64,000 bases of DNA. Source: Emiliania huxleyi CCMP1516. Taxonomy: Eukaryota. Each line of letters starts with the position of its first letter. Within the stretch, counting starts at the first letter, position 1. The stretch is from assembly GCF_000372725.1 (NCBI RefSeq), contig NW_005201202.1:124001-188000 (forward strand), read 5' to 3'. A model generated the notes under the pieces. That model did not search any database. It was not told the DNA's origin and saw only the letters and a program-made list of their open reading frames with translations. Below, piece by piece: positions 11,215 through 22,881 of the stretch. Both the position numbers and the translations under genes were made by a program.

Positions 11215-14200
11215 CTACCAGTGCGCGAAGAGCTGCTGCTGCTCGCGGCTGAGGGGTGCCGCATCGCCGGCCGCCTCTTGCGGCGGCGGCGGCGGAGAGG
11301 CGAGGAGCCGCTCCGCCCTCAGCGCGCAAAAGTCGGCGTGCGGCGGCTGCAGCTCGCGCGCCTCCAGCGCCCGCCAGTCGAGCCCCCAGAAGAAGGGGTG
11401 CGTGCGGAGGCTCTGCCCGCCGTCGCGCTTGACGTCGCCCAGCCGCTTGGCCGGCTCGTGCTGCAGCAGCGAGTCGATCAGGTGGACCTGCCACCAGAGC
11501 GCGAGGCGTGAGGAGACGCCGCTCGCAGCGCGCGGTGGGCAGCGGACCGGTCCGGCGCGCCGCGTGCGACGAGCATGCGCGGCGGTAGTGCTGCACGTCG
11601 GGGACGGTGAATCGGTTCTGCACGACGTTCGAGAAGGTCTGCTGCGCGCGGCCGTCGGGGTCGGCGAACGGCGTCGCGGCCGTGAGGCACTGGCAGAGGA
11701 GGACGCCGAGCGACCACAGGTCCGAGGAGGGGCCGTACCCGAGCGAGCGCACGACCTCGGGCGCCATGAACTCGGGCGTGCCGCACAGCGAGAAGAGGGG
11801 CCGGTTCTCGGCGGCGCCGGTGGTGGCGAGGCCAAAGTCGGCGATGACCGGCCAACCCTCGCGAGAGAGGAGCACGTTCTCCGGCTTGAGGTCGCGGTAC
11901 ACGATGCCGATCGAGTGGAGCTTCTGCAGCGCGAGCACGAGGCAGCCGACGTAGAAACGCGCCTCGCCGTCGGACATGGCGCCAAAGTTTGCGAGCAAGT
12001 CCCACAGCTCGCCGCCCAGCACCGCGGGCATCACGATCCGCAGCGAGTGCTCGTCCTGCCCCGAGCAGACGTAGCGCACCATGAGCGGCGCCGCCGGGTC
12101 GCCGCGCAGCCGCGCGCACAGCAGCTGCAGGTGCTCTCTCTCGCGCTCGATGTAGCGGAGGAGGACGCGGCCGCGCTTCCCGTTGGCGAGCCACGCCTTG
12201 CTGAAGGACTTGACCGCGTACAGCCTCCCCGAGAAGCGGTGGCGCGCCAGCTGCACCGTGCCGGTCGACCCCTCGCCGAGCGGCCTCTCCGGCACGAGGT
12301 CGAGCAGCACCATCCCCTCCTCGCCCTGCCCCACCCCCTCGCGCTGCAGGTACAAGCACAGCTCCGAGAGAGAGAGCAGCCAATCGCGCGCCGCCCGCGC
12401 GCCCGCGCCCGGCCCGCCTCCGCCGGCAGCGGCGGCAGCGGACGTCGCCCAGCCGGCGAGGCTGCCCAGCCCGAGCTGCGCCGCGAGCGTCGGATGCCTC
12501 GCCTACCAAAAGACTCGACCAAGGCGCCTCAGGGAACCCCTCCCGACGTGCCCACGAGCGGCTGCCGCCTCGCCTCGAGAAGCGTGCGGTAGAGGTCTCC
12601 GACCGTGCGCGGCGCGCCCTCGCCGAGCGCCAGCGGCGAGTCGTCGGCTGCGAGGAGGGCAACGGCGGCGGGCAGGTCGAGGCAGTACACGCTCAGCGGC
12701 TGCGGCGCCTGCGGCGGCGCGCGCAAGTCGTGCGTGTCGGAGAGGAGGGTCGCGTCCCCGGCGTGCAGCGCGTTGACGGCGAGCATCTCGCGCAGCTGCG
12801 ACTCGACCCGCCGCAGCAGCGAAGCGGTGTCGGCCAGCGCGGCGGCGCCCCGTGGAGCGACGGTGAAGACGTCGTGCGCGACCTCGCTGCCGTCGGCGCC
12901 CGTCTCGGTGCGGATGCGAGCCGAGAGGACGGCCAGCCCCAAGTCCTGCGGCGGCGGAGGAGGAGGTGGCGAGCGGCGTCTGGGACGGGCCTGCGGAGCG
13001 AGTAGAGGGGGGGGGGGGGGAGTGTCCTGCAGGATGGAGGAGAGGTCGGCGAGCAAGCGGTGCCGCGACGGCACGCGCACGCCCACCTCGAAGCTGCTGC
13101 CGCCGCCGCCGCGCTGCGAGAGTGGCGAGATCGTCACCGAGACGGGCAAAGTCTCGAGCAGCGTGCCGCACGCGACGAGGCAGAGGAGGGGCGTGCTGCG
13201 GCCGTCGCGCGTGGCGGAGAGGGCGGAGAGGTCGGCGCCGAGGGGCCGCAGCGCGCCGCTGCGGAGCAGCTTGCGGCCGAGGCCGGGCGCCTGGGCGAGG
13301 CAGCCGAGCTCGGCGCGGGACGACCAGCCCGCCGGCAGCAGCTCTGGCAGACGGGAGAGCGCCTCGCCTAGCGACGAGTCCCTCGGCCAGCAGAGCAGCC
13401 GCGCGCCAGCGCCGCAGGAGGAGATGCGCACGCCCCGCGGCAGCGCGGAGCCGTGCAGGGCGCCCGCCTCGCCGAGCGTGTCCCGCGCGCGCAGCCTGTG
13501 CAGCGGCAGCCGCAGCGGGACCGCAGCCGCCGAAACGTCCGCGCCGCCGTCCACGCCGCCGTCCACGCCGCCGTCCACGCCGCCGTCCACGCCGCCGTCC
13601 ACGCCGCCGTCCGCGCCGCCGTCCACGCCGCCGTCCGCGCCGCCGTCCACGCCGCCGTCCGCCTCGTGCAAGTCGAGGGTGACGAGGAGCTCGCCCTCGA
13701 GGAGGATGCAGAAGGAGGTCTCGTGCAGCACCTCCGCCGCCTCGGCCGGGAAGGACGCGCCGCGGCACCGCGGCGGCAGGGCGACGGTGAGGGGCGGCAG
13801 CACCACCTCGACGGCGCGGCGGCAGAGGGCGAGCATCCGTCTCGGCGAGAGGGGCGCCAGGACGGGCAGGTCGGAGAGCAGCTGGAGGTGGCGGCGGGCG
13901 AGCGCCTCCCGCCGAGAGACGAGCAGCCGACGCAGCTCGGACGCAGGCAGCGCGAGCAGTCGAGCGCCTGTTCGCGGACGGTGACGTGAAGAGACGCTGT
14001 TCACACCCTCCGAGGCGGGCAGCGCGGGAGGCCCGCGTGCCGTTCGCCGCAATAACGGTCCGCCACCGAGGGGGCGGCGAGGCGGCGGCCGTCTGGGAGG
14101 GTGCGAGGTCGGGAGGGAGGGCAACCTCCCACAGCACCGACAGGGCAGGGAGCGGCACAGAGAGCGGCTCGCCACCCTCCTCTGCCACGCACCCTCCTCC

Positions 14201-15336
14201 GCCGCCTCCTCCCTCGCCCCACGCCGCGGTTGAGCGAGTCGCTCGGCGCAGCTGCGTGCTCGACGGAGCCGTCGCCGCGGCCCGCTCGACGGAGGCGGTC
14301 GCCTCGTCCTCGAGCAGCAGCAGCCACGCGCTGTCCGAGCGCAGCTCCGCCCCCGCCGGGAGCCTGCACCGCCGCATGCGGGGCAGCGCGGCGGCGGCCA
14401 GGTCGCCGGCGAGGCCGGGCGGCAGAGAGCCGAAGGGGAGGGCGCCGCAGCGCAGCGCCGCGCACAGCGCCGCTCGGAGGAGCGGCTCCTCCTCCTCCTC
14501 CGGCCCCTCCGGCGGGGCGGCGTCGCGGACGGCGTCGCGCAGCGGCTCGGGCGGCTCGAGGGCGCCGTCGGCGAGGGCGCTGATCGAGTTCGCGGACCCG
14601 ATGGAGCGGCTCAAGCCGGTCGCCGCCGCGTCGCGGTCGATCAGCCGCTGGATGCCTTGCCTCAGCCAGCCGGACCGGGCCCAGTCGTGCATCCGTTGCT
14701 CGATCGCCGCGAGCCGCGACCGGCCGACGACCTTGCGGCCGTGCTCCACGACGAGGAAGGAGTTGGCGGCAGAGCCGGTCGCCTGCGGCGGCGGGGATTC
14801 GTGGCGGCGGTGGGGCTGGGCGATGGCGGTGGGCGCGATGGCAGTGGAGGCGATGGCAGCGGCGGCGCCTCGTCGGTGGAGACGGTCGCGCTCAGCACGG
14901 AGAGGCCGAGGCCGGACAGCACGGCCGACATCTCGGCGAGGAGGCCGGTGCGATCGGAGACGACCACCCGCACCAGCGTCGCAAGCTGATCCGAGCAGTT
15001 GTCGACCGTCACCGAGATTGCATTCTCCAAGCTTCCGCCGCCCTCCACCGTCTCGAGCAGCTGGTCCGTCTCGGCAGTCTCGTCGGCCAGCGTGCCACCC
15101 GCCGCGACGACGCTACGCGTCGGCAGCGCCGTCTTCGGAGGTCGGTACGCGGCTGGAGTGCCAGAGGCGACGGCGGAGGTAGCGTTCTCTGCAGGGCTCG
15201 CCACTGGCAGCAGCGGCGTGTCGAGCTCGGAACGCCCTGCTCTGCGGCGAGACGCTCGTAGCAGGATCGGCTTGAGGAGTAGCGTCAGAAGCGAGCCGAG
15301 GATCAGACCCGAGAAGAAGGAGAAGGTCTCGTGCAT
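11215..15336 (-). CDS. Multi-exon AGC (PKG/PKA-like) Ser/Thr kinase with N-terminal TM helix, two ACT-like domains and a degenerate cNMP-binding-like region
   Basis: Kinase motifs GEGSTG, YAVK, YRDLKPEN, DFG, CGTPEFMAPE and AGC tail HPFFWGLDW. ACT-like DRTGLLAEMSAVLSGLGLSVLSATVST and SRHRLLADLSSILQD/LGLAVLSARIRT..AHDVFTV. cNMP-like ILLEGEL..DTLGEAGAL. A single-gene model is inferred from GC-AG introns. Confidence 0.75.
13536..13660 (-). repeat. 12-bp tandem repeat encoding (DGGV/A)n inside the kinase ORF
   Basis: ccgtccacgccg units, about 10 copies. Confidence 0.85.
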
Positions 15337-15765
15337 TCTGGTGTGTGCCCGGCACTCTGCCGCCGCCTAACTTTCCGTCTTCTTTCTTTTCGCTTGAACA
15401 AATCAATCTTGAAGGGATTTGAAAATCTTGGAGGGCGCCCGTACCGCCTTGCTCCGCGGACGGGCCCCTCCAAACTTCGCGTACGGATCATGTAGTCCCC
15501 ACAATCGCTGTTGTCCTGGGATCGCTTGTCATGTGAGAAAGTGCCCGGGGTTGTGCGTTTACGTGAGAAAGTGAATCCGGCATTTCTCTTTCTTGAAAAA
15601 TCGCAGATCGCACGCGTGCCAAATCGCAGGCGCAGGCAGATCGCAAATCGTAGCGCAGATCGCAGGCGTGCGCCCCATCGCTGGCACTCCACCTGCCTCT
15701 CCAACTTGCAGCGCAATCCGCCAAGAAGCGTCATTATTCACTGGCCGCTCCCGTCTCTAGGCAGG

Positions 15766-17827
15766 ATGCTCGTCGTCAGCCTCATCTCCACCGCGTACAA
15801 CGTCGGTGCTGGCCTTCGGGCTGCGCCGCACGCTTCGTCTTCTCGCGCCGCCTCCACTGCCGTCTCGATGGGAATGGACATCTCGGAGCTCATCGACGAC
15901 GCGAAGAAGTCGCGACTCGAGCACCTTGAGGCGCAGGCCATCCAGTCCCTCAAGGTTGCGGTCGATCAGTTCGAAAAGCCCGTCTTCCCGAACGCGATGA
16001 TCGTGGGCGACTGCGTCATCACGCACCTGCTGCACAAGATTGACGCGCTCAAGACGGGCAAGGTCAAGATCATGGTGGTCGACACGTTCCACCTGCTCGA
16101 CGACACGATGCCCTTCCTGGGCAAGGTGGAGGACAAGTACGGCTTTGAGGCGGAGGTGTTTGGACCGGCCGGCCTCGAGTCCAAGCGCAACCTCTCTCCC
16201 GAGAACTTTGCCGAGTACGACAAGAAGTACGGCGCCAACCTCTGGAAGGAGGACATCGAGCAGTACGACAAGGCGCGCGCTCCTCCCTCCCTCCCTCCTC
16301 CTCCCTCCGGCGCCGCCAGCTCGCGCTCTCTGCCGCTGCAGGTGTGCAAGGTGGAGCCCTTCCAGCGCGGCCTCAAGACGCTCGGCGCCAATCTGCATCG
16401 TGATCGGCCAAGACAGCGCCCTGCCCGACCTTCCCTCTGGACCTTCCTGCAGGCGCCGACATCATGATCAACGGCCGCCGCCGCGACCACGGCGCCGAGC
16501 GCGCCTACATCGACATCGCCGAGACGGCACAGCCCGCGCCCCGCTCCGCCTCCCGCGCCGCGAGCGCAGCAGCCGCCCCTCGCCAGCAGCCCCTTCTGCG
16601 CCGCCGCCGCCCCTCCCCGCCCGCCGCCGCTCTCCCGCCAGCGAAGCGCCTCCTCCTCACGCGCGCGTGAGCCTCGGGGCAGGTGCCCGTCAACGGCGGC
16701 CTCGCCAAGCTCAACCCGCTCGCGTACTGGACGCTCGAGGACTGCTTCGACTACGCGGCCGCGAACGGCACGCTCCCGCCCCCCCCTCGGCCGGGCACCC
16801 CCTCGGCCGGGCACCTCCTCGGCCCCTCGCGCCCCACTCCTCCCCGAGAGGGGCGTGCAAGCGGCTCGCTCGACCCCGCTCGCCCTCCCGCCCCACACCC
16901 TGTCCCCTGCCCCTCACCCTCGCCCCTCACCCTCGCCCTCGCCCCTCCGCCCTCACCCTCGCCCCTCTGCCCCTCCGCAGGAGTGCCGCTCCACCCGTCG
17001 GTCGAGCGCGGCTACCCCTCGCAGGGCGACGCAAAGGACACCGTCCCCGTCCCAGACCCAGACGGCCTCTCTGGCGTCCAGGGCGAGGCTGGGTCCGTCA
17101 AGTGGGTCGACGGCGTCTGGACGGGCGACAAGGCCATCTGGCTCGACTACGGCTGCGAGCGGCGCGGACGATTCGTCAACCTGCTCAACAAGGCGCGCCG
17201 CCTCGCGCCGCCTCGCGCCGCCTCGCGCCGCCTCGCACCGCCTCGCACCGCCTCGCACCGCCTCCCTCCCCCCCGCCGCCCCTCCTCGCCGGCCTCCCCG
17301 CCCCGCCTCCCTCACCGCATTCCCGCCCCCGCCCCTCCCAAGGACGGCTCCAAGAAGACGGAGTGCGGCATCCACGTCGCGGGCGCTGAGAAGACGTTTG
17401 ACCGCGACCTGTGGGACACGTCCAAGGCGGTGCAGACCCTCGCCGCGCCCTCCGACGTCGAGTCGCTGACCGCGTCGGGCAAGGAGGCTGTGGTGGTCGT
17501 GTACGCCCCGTGGTGCCAGTTCTGCCAGGCGACGAGGGGGCGCGTGACGCAAGGCTCCCGCCTGCGGCGATTGTCACGCATGCTGTGGGTGCGGAACAGG
17601 CGATGGAGGAGGAGTACGACAAGCTCGCCGACGCGTCGGGCCTGCCGGTGTACAAGTTCCGCGGCGACGAGGAGCGCGAGTTCGTCAAGGCCAACCTAAA
17701 CACGCAGTCCTTCCCGACCATCAACTACATCGACGCGTCCGGCAAGGCCATCAAGTACGAGTCCGAGGACCGCTCCGTCGGCGCGATGGCCGAGTTCGCG
17801 AAGAGCGGCGGCAAGGTCGCCGCCTGA
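15766..17827 (+). CDS. APR: Adenosine 5'-phosphosulfate reductase, APR-B type (PAPS-reductase family) with C-terminal thioredoxin domain; probably plastid-targeted; multi-exon
   Basis: VVDTFHL, CKVEPFQRGL, NGRRRDHG, KLNPLAYWT, LHPSVERGYPSQGD, ERRGRF, KTECGIH and thioredoxin YAPWCQFCQ. N-terminal signal/transit-like leader. Confidence 0.9.
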
Positions 17828-18486
17828 GCAGCAGCTGCTCGCCGCGCCCCGCCCTGCCCCGCGCGCGCGGGACAGAGCCCGAGACCCCGGTCCTCGCTGG
17901 CGCGCGCGGTGTCGGGCGCAAGAAGAAAGCGCGCTCGCGCGGACGGCGGACCACAATTATAGGCTCGGCCCGCAAACGCCTAATGGTCTCGTTGATGTTT
18001 GTACCTCGGTGTTGAACGACCTCTCCATACCCCTGTGTCGGTCTGTGTGATGATTCTGAGTAAGGTGTAAGCGAGTCTCTCAACAAATATTAGCCGGAGT
18101 GTGGAGATCTCTCTCTCACATCTCTGTACGGCCGTAAACCACGATGTCGCGCGGCGGAGTTTTTGGAGAGAGATTTGTTGTTTTGGTGGCAGACTCACTC
18201 CGCATAATCCATAAAAATCAAGAAACAAAAAATTGAAGCAGCGTGTGGTGATGGCTCAGATCGTTCGACGCACAACAGCCTGGTTGAGTCCTCACTGACA
18301 CAGTGCCGGTTGATTCTCAGTACGATGGCCGGAGCGTAGTGGCCGATGGCAACTCCCGACTCGCTCCCTCCCCACCACAGCCCATAATCCGTGTCAATAC
18401 AGGCGGCTTTGCCACTCCTCTCACTCCCCCCTACCCACCCTGGCAAGCCCCAGCGGGACGGAGAGTCCCCCCCCCCCCCAAACCGG

Positions 18487-19986
18487 TCACCGCAGCTTGT
18501 TCCCGCCGGTGAGCTTCGCCCAATAGTCATCCTTCTCCTCGGCGCTGCTCGGCGCGCCCGCAGACGCGTTCAACACCTTCATCCCCGCCATGCCGCTGCC
18601 CGCTGCGCCGCCCGCCCCGCCCCCAAGAGTTTGCCCGCCGCTCGGCGCCGCCCCAGAGAGCACCTCCCCCGACGGCCCGATCCGCACGCCCAGCCTCGTC
18701 GCCGCCGCCTCGCCGCTCCCGCCTCCGACCGCCTGCCCGCCCTGAGCCGCGGGTGACGCCTTTGCCTTGGGCGGCTTGATCGCCTTGCCGTCGAGCCGGA
18801 AGCCGGACCCGGTGAAGGAGGGGGCAGCCTCCTCCTCCTGACGACGCAGGGGGGGGGGGGGGTCCGCCCTACCCCGCGCACGCCGAGCGCCTAGGAGAGG
18901 CGAGGGGTTGGCTGCAGCGGGGACGGCCCTCGTGCATCCCGGAGGGGCGGAGGGGCGGAGGGGCGGAGGGGCGGAGGGGCGGAGGGGCGGAGGGGCGGAG
19001 GGGCGGAGGGGCGGCGGCGGGGTGCGAGAGGGAGGCTGGCGGCGGGGGAGGGGGCGTTGTCACTGCGCGCCTCGGACGAGTCGCCGTCGAGGACCGGTGC
19101 TCCCATCGGCTGCAGCACCGGCGACTTTGAGAGCGGAGAGGCGGAGGGCGGCGTCGGCGTCTTCGCGGGCCTGGGAGGCTCGACGTAGTCTGCGGGGGCC
19201 TCGAAGTCAAGCTGCATGTCCGTCTCGATGATGCACACCGCCTGCGAGGCCAGGCGGCGCACGTGGCTTGGCCCGCGCGACCCCTCTGGGGGGGGGAGGC
19301 GGGCCGTAGCCCGCCCCTCGCTGGCGAGCCTCGGCGGCGGTGCGTGCCGCCGGCTTGCGCGGTGCCCTGGGCGGGCGGATCGGGTGGGTGGTTGGGCTCC
19401 TGGGAGGCGGCTCGGGGGCCGGAGGGGAGGGCGCCTGCGGCTGGCCGGGCGCAAAGTCTCCCCCGTGTCGCTTCACCTCGACGACGCCAATGTCGTACTT
19501 CTTTTTGTTGTACAGGATGCGGAAGGTCTGCCCCTTTGTGAGCGCTGAGAAGTTGCGGAGCGACTGCTCGAGCACAACCTTTGGGTTGGAGATCTTGATG
19601 AAGTCGGTGAGCTGTGGCTGCAGCTTGACGTACGACCCCTTGTTGAGGTTGACCGACCGCAGCTGGATGATGTCGCCCTCGCTCACGCGCAGGTTCTCCA
19701 TCATCCAGTACGGCAGGTACGCCATCCCCTCCTGTGCGATGAACTCGAGCACGCCGCAGTGCAGCTTGCGCTCCATGGCGCGCGGGTTGGCGATCTGGAA
19801 CATCATTGGGTACTGGATCTCCAGCTGCGCCAGCTTCTCGAGGCACGACGGTGGCAGGATGATCTTGTCCGAGTACTCGAGCCGGCTCGCGTCGCGCTGC
19901 TGCTCCGCTGCGAGCAGCGAGACGCTGTGGCAGCGGAACGAGTCCTGGAAACCTCGGCTACCGAAGCCGCCCGGAAGGCCAAACAT
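18487..19986 (-). CDS. UFD1: Ubiquitin fusion degradation protein 1, multi-exon
   Basis: DKIILPPSCL, YPMMF, HCGVLEFIAQEG, LPYWMM, ISNPKVVLEQSLRNFSALT, IIETDMQLDFEAP and SHP-box-like FTGSGFRL. Confidence 0.95.
18940..19012. repeat. (GGAGGGGC)n octamer repeat in a UFD1 intron
   Basis: About 9 tandem copies. Confidence 0.85.
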
Positions 19987-20193
19987 CGACAAGAGCGGGG
20001 AGAAAGGGCAGAGGCGCGCGACGAGCAGGGCGCGCAGGGCGGCGTTAGCGAAAAGAATTTAGGGCGCCACGACACAGGAGCTCCCGTGGTAGTGGTAGTG
20101 AGAGACTGCTGGTGAGAAGCCGGAGGAAGGTCGCTAGTCGAGAGAGATCGCCAGTGGAATAGGGAGTCCACCGTGCTGCGAGCCTGTCGCTGT

Positions 20194-20407
20194 GTGGCGT
20201 GAATGCTTTAGCATTCTCGCCCGCTCTGCTGAGGGGAGGGGCAGGACGAGCGGTCGCCTGAGGCGCCTATCTCTATCTACCCTCTCTTGTGGTTTGCCAG
20301 CGGGGCACGTGGCCAAGGACGACGTTTCAGATCGCGCGTCCGCTTGTTTGCGCACCCGCGTGCTCGTCCACGCCACTGTCCTCCCGCCCCCTTTGATCTC
20401 TGTCGCC
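20194..20407 (+). repeat. Split direct repeat A1
   Basis: Matches 29867-30081 except one substitution and one C indel. Confidence 0.95.
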
Positions 20408-20415
20408 TGTCGCTG

Positions 20416-22881
20416 ATGTCTGCCATTGAGACGCTTGTGGAAGTGGCGCTTGCCAAGGCCACCAAGGACAGTGCCGTGCATGGCGTGGACAAGGATCAAT
20501 ACCTGTTGTGTTCCTCTGTCGTCAAAGCCGATGTGCGCAATTACCATACCGTCGAGGTGCTGCAGAAGGGACTCGACGAGAGCCAGGCCAAGGCGGCCGC
20601 TCTCGCCCTGCTATCGCAGCAATACCCTCAGCTGGCCGCAGGCGGAGGCACCGCCTCGGATGGCCCCGCCGATGCGGCAGAAAAGGTTGTCAAGACACTT
20701 GAGCGTTTGTCGTCATCACAGTTGGGTCACCTGGCCGCGGGCTGGGCCACGCAGCTCGGAGAGGCATTCACCAACGCGAGCATTCTTTCGACAGTGGAGG
20801 CCGGCTCGCTCGCGGGCCGCACCGGCAGCGGCAAGGTGCCGCTCGAGAGCGGTGAGGAGGCGCAGATGTCTTACACCGTCATCCAAGGACCATCCGAGGG
20901 CATGTACGTGCTCGAGGAGAGCGGAGCACAGGGCGAGCCACGACGCTCGGTCATCCTCAACACCACGCTGGTGACCCTCATGCTACAGCCGACGCAGGCA
21001 CACGTCGTCTCGAACGCGACGCTTGTCAAGATCAACGGCTCGAGCAGTGCTCTGGCTGTTTTCCGCAAGTTGCCCAAGTCAGGCAGCGCCGCCGAAGACC
21101 ACGTCTCGCTAGAGGAGATTCTCCAGTTAGCAGACGGTCTTCCGGCCGCGGGCGCGGTCTCGCTCTCGGGAGAGGAGCGCGTCAAGACGTTCGCCCGGGC
21201 TCTCGAGGCCAAAGTCTCCGGCGGGGAAGGCTCTAGCTGGTTGGCGGCAGTTGGGGACAAGGCGACCTACTCCGTCTTCGAGCTTCGGAGTCAGCTCGAG
21301 AGGCTTGGCCCCGACTTCACGCCGGTCGCCGCGCTGCCCGCACCCAAGTCGTGCGCGGAGTTCTTCACGCGCAACATCCGCGGGGAGAACTGGGGCGCCT
21401 TCGCCAAAAGGGTCGCCCCTCTGATTGAACCCGATGAGCAGCGGTGCAATTTCATCCGCTCCAGCGAGACGGTCCTTCGCGACGCGATCGAGCGATGGCT
21501 GGAAAGTGGGCTCGGCAGCCTCCGAGAGGCTTCCGTTGCGTCGCTCGCCCTTCGCACCGACTGGTCGGTGGACGCAGCGTGCTCGCTGATGTACCAATTT
21601 GCGATGGCCAAGGACCAGCAGCGGCTCGCCCCGCCCACTCCGCCACCGGGCGTGCCGCCTCCGATCCTTACGCAGCCGATCATCAAGATCACGACGGGCG
21701 GATCGGGTGAGGGCGGCGACGAGGCCCTCTCCGCGGCCGCTGCCGCGCAGAGCTTGACGACCGCGGAGCGCGAGTGCGTCAAGAGGCTCGCCGCATTCGC
21801 CGCCATCGAGGACAACAAAGGGGTCGATGAGATCGCCAAGTACATCGACGGCGCGTCGTCAGCAGGCGCGCCCTCCCCGCACATCATGCGCCTAGTGCAC
21901 GCGACAGACGCTAGCGTAAACAGCCTTGCGTCGTCGTACGTTGCGGACGACGGTTTTGTTGTCGACCTTCGGTCAATTCGCCGGGCCATGCTTCGCCGTC
22001 TGGAGTCAATGCACTTTGGCTTCGCGACTGACAAGCAATGGTCAGAGGAGCAGCGCCGCCAAGCAGGACGCATTCGCGTCGGGCGCTTCAGCGAAGTGGA
22101 CATCGCCTGCCTTTTGGAGGGTCAGCAAGACGGCTTCTCCAAGAAGGCGCCGCTGGCGCACATCAGGTGCCCTGTCAAGCTGCAGATGGCGCTCGGAGTC
22201 TTCTTCAGCATCTGGGCAAAGGCACACCTCACCTTCTCCAGCCATATCCTCGCCTTTGGCGCGAATGTGGCCCGCTTTCTCCACCAGACGCGAGAGGACG
22301 GAGCCTCGTGGGAGCAGCTCTCGGACTACTGGCGGAAGCTGATGCAGAAGTGCGAGCAGCCCGCGCTCCGCTTCGAGCGCAAGGAGGCACTCGCCCCACT
22401 CCAGCCGCCGCTACTCAAGTGGGCGGACGACCGCTCCGTCACACACGTTGCGGAGCTCATGGACGCCGTCAACCGGAGCGAGCGAGAGCGGCTCGCCAAG
22501 CTGCTCGAGGAGGCGCGCGCGCCGAAGGAGAGCGCAGAGCTTGCCGAGCTCCGCAAGATGGTCAAGCAGCAAGAGAGCAAGCAGCAGCAGCACGAGGAGC
22601 GCCTCGTCGCCGTCAAGAAGCGCTTGGCCGGCGGCGACGGCGGCGGTGGTGGCGGCAAGCACAGCAAGCGCGGCGGCGGCGGTGGCGGCCGCGGCGGCGG
22701 CCGCGGCGGCGGAGGCGGCGGCCGTGGCGGCGGAGGCGGCAACCCGCAGAAGCCCGGGGAGACCCAACAGGAGCTCAACGCCCGCCTCGGCCGCAAAGAC
22801 GGCAAGGACCCGTGCTGGTTCCACCACATCAAGGGCTCCTGCCGTTATGACGCCGCCGAGTGCCGCGGCCATCACGGCTGA
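20416..22881 (+). CDS. Gag-like ORF1 (~821 aa) with coiled coil, RGG tract and C-terminal CCCH-type zinc finger
   Basis: First ORF after A1. C-terminus reads KRGGGGGGRGGGRGG...CWFHHIKGSCRYDAAECRGHH*. Confidence 0.8.
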   Translation: MSAIETLVEVALAKATKDSAVHGVDKDQYLLCSSVVKADVRNYHTVEVLQKGLDESQAKAAALALLSQQYPQLAAGGGTASDGPADAAEKVVKTLERLSSSQLGHLAAGWATQLGEAFTNASILSTVEAGSLAGRTGSGKVPLESGEEAQMSYTVIQGPSEGMYVLEESGAQGEPRRSVILNTTLVTLMLQPTQAHVVSNATLVKINGSSSALAVFRKLPKSGSAAEDHVSLEEILQLADGLPAAGAVSLSGEERVKTFARALEAKVSGGEGSSWLAAVGDKATYSVFELRSQLERLGPDFTPVAALPAPKSCAEFFTRNIRGENWGAFAKRVAPLIEPDEQRCNFIRSSETVLRDAIERWLESGLGSLREASVASLALRTDWSVDAACSLMYQFAMAKDQQRLAPPTPPPGVPPPILTQPIIKITTGGSGEGGDEALSAAAAAQSLTTAERECVKRLAAFAAIEDNKGVDEIAKYIDGASSAGAPSPHIMRLVHATDASVNSLASSYVADDGFVVDLRSIRRAMLRRLESMHFGFATDKQWSEEQRRQAGRIRVGRFSEVDIACLLEGQQDGFSKKAPLAHIRCPVKLQMALGVFFSIWAKAHLTFSSHILAFGANVARFLHQTREDGASWEQLSDYWRKLMQKCEQPALRFERKEALAPLQPPLLKWADDRSVTHVAELMDAVNRSERERLAKLLEEARAPKESAELAELRKMVKQQESKQQQHEERLVAVKKRLAGGDGGGGGGKHSKRGGGGGGRGGGRGGGGGGRGGGGGNPQKPGETQQELNARLGRKDGKDPCWFHHIKGSCRYDAAECRGHHG

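Noticed and set aside
12503..14749. 748-aa Arg-rich ORF as a separate gene
   Set aside because: Only its 5' part is a kinase-gene exon. The rest is an alternative frame of GC-rich coding DNA.
22879..22881. UGA as selenocysteine, with the hairpin array acting as SECIS
   Set aside because: The hairpins lack the AUGA/GA quartet and apical AA of eukaryotic SECIS, and the UGA lies in a linker.
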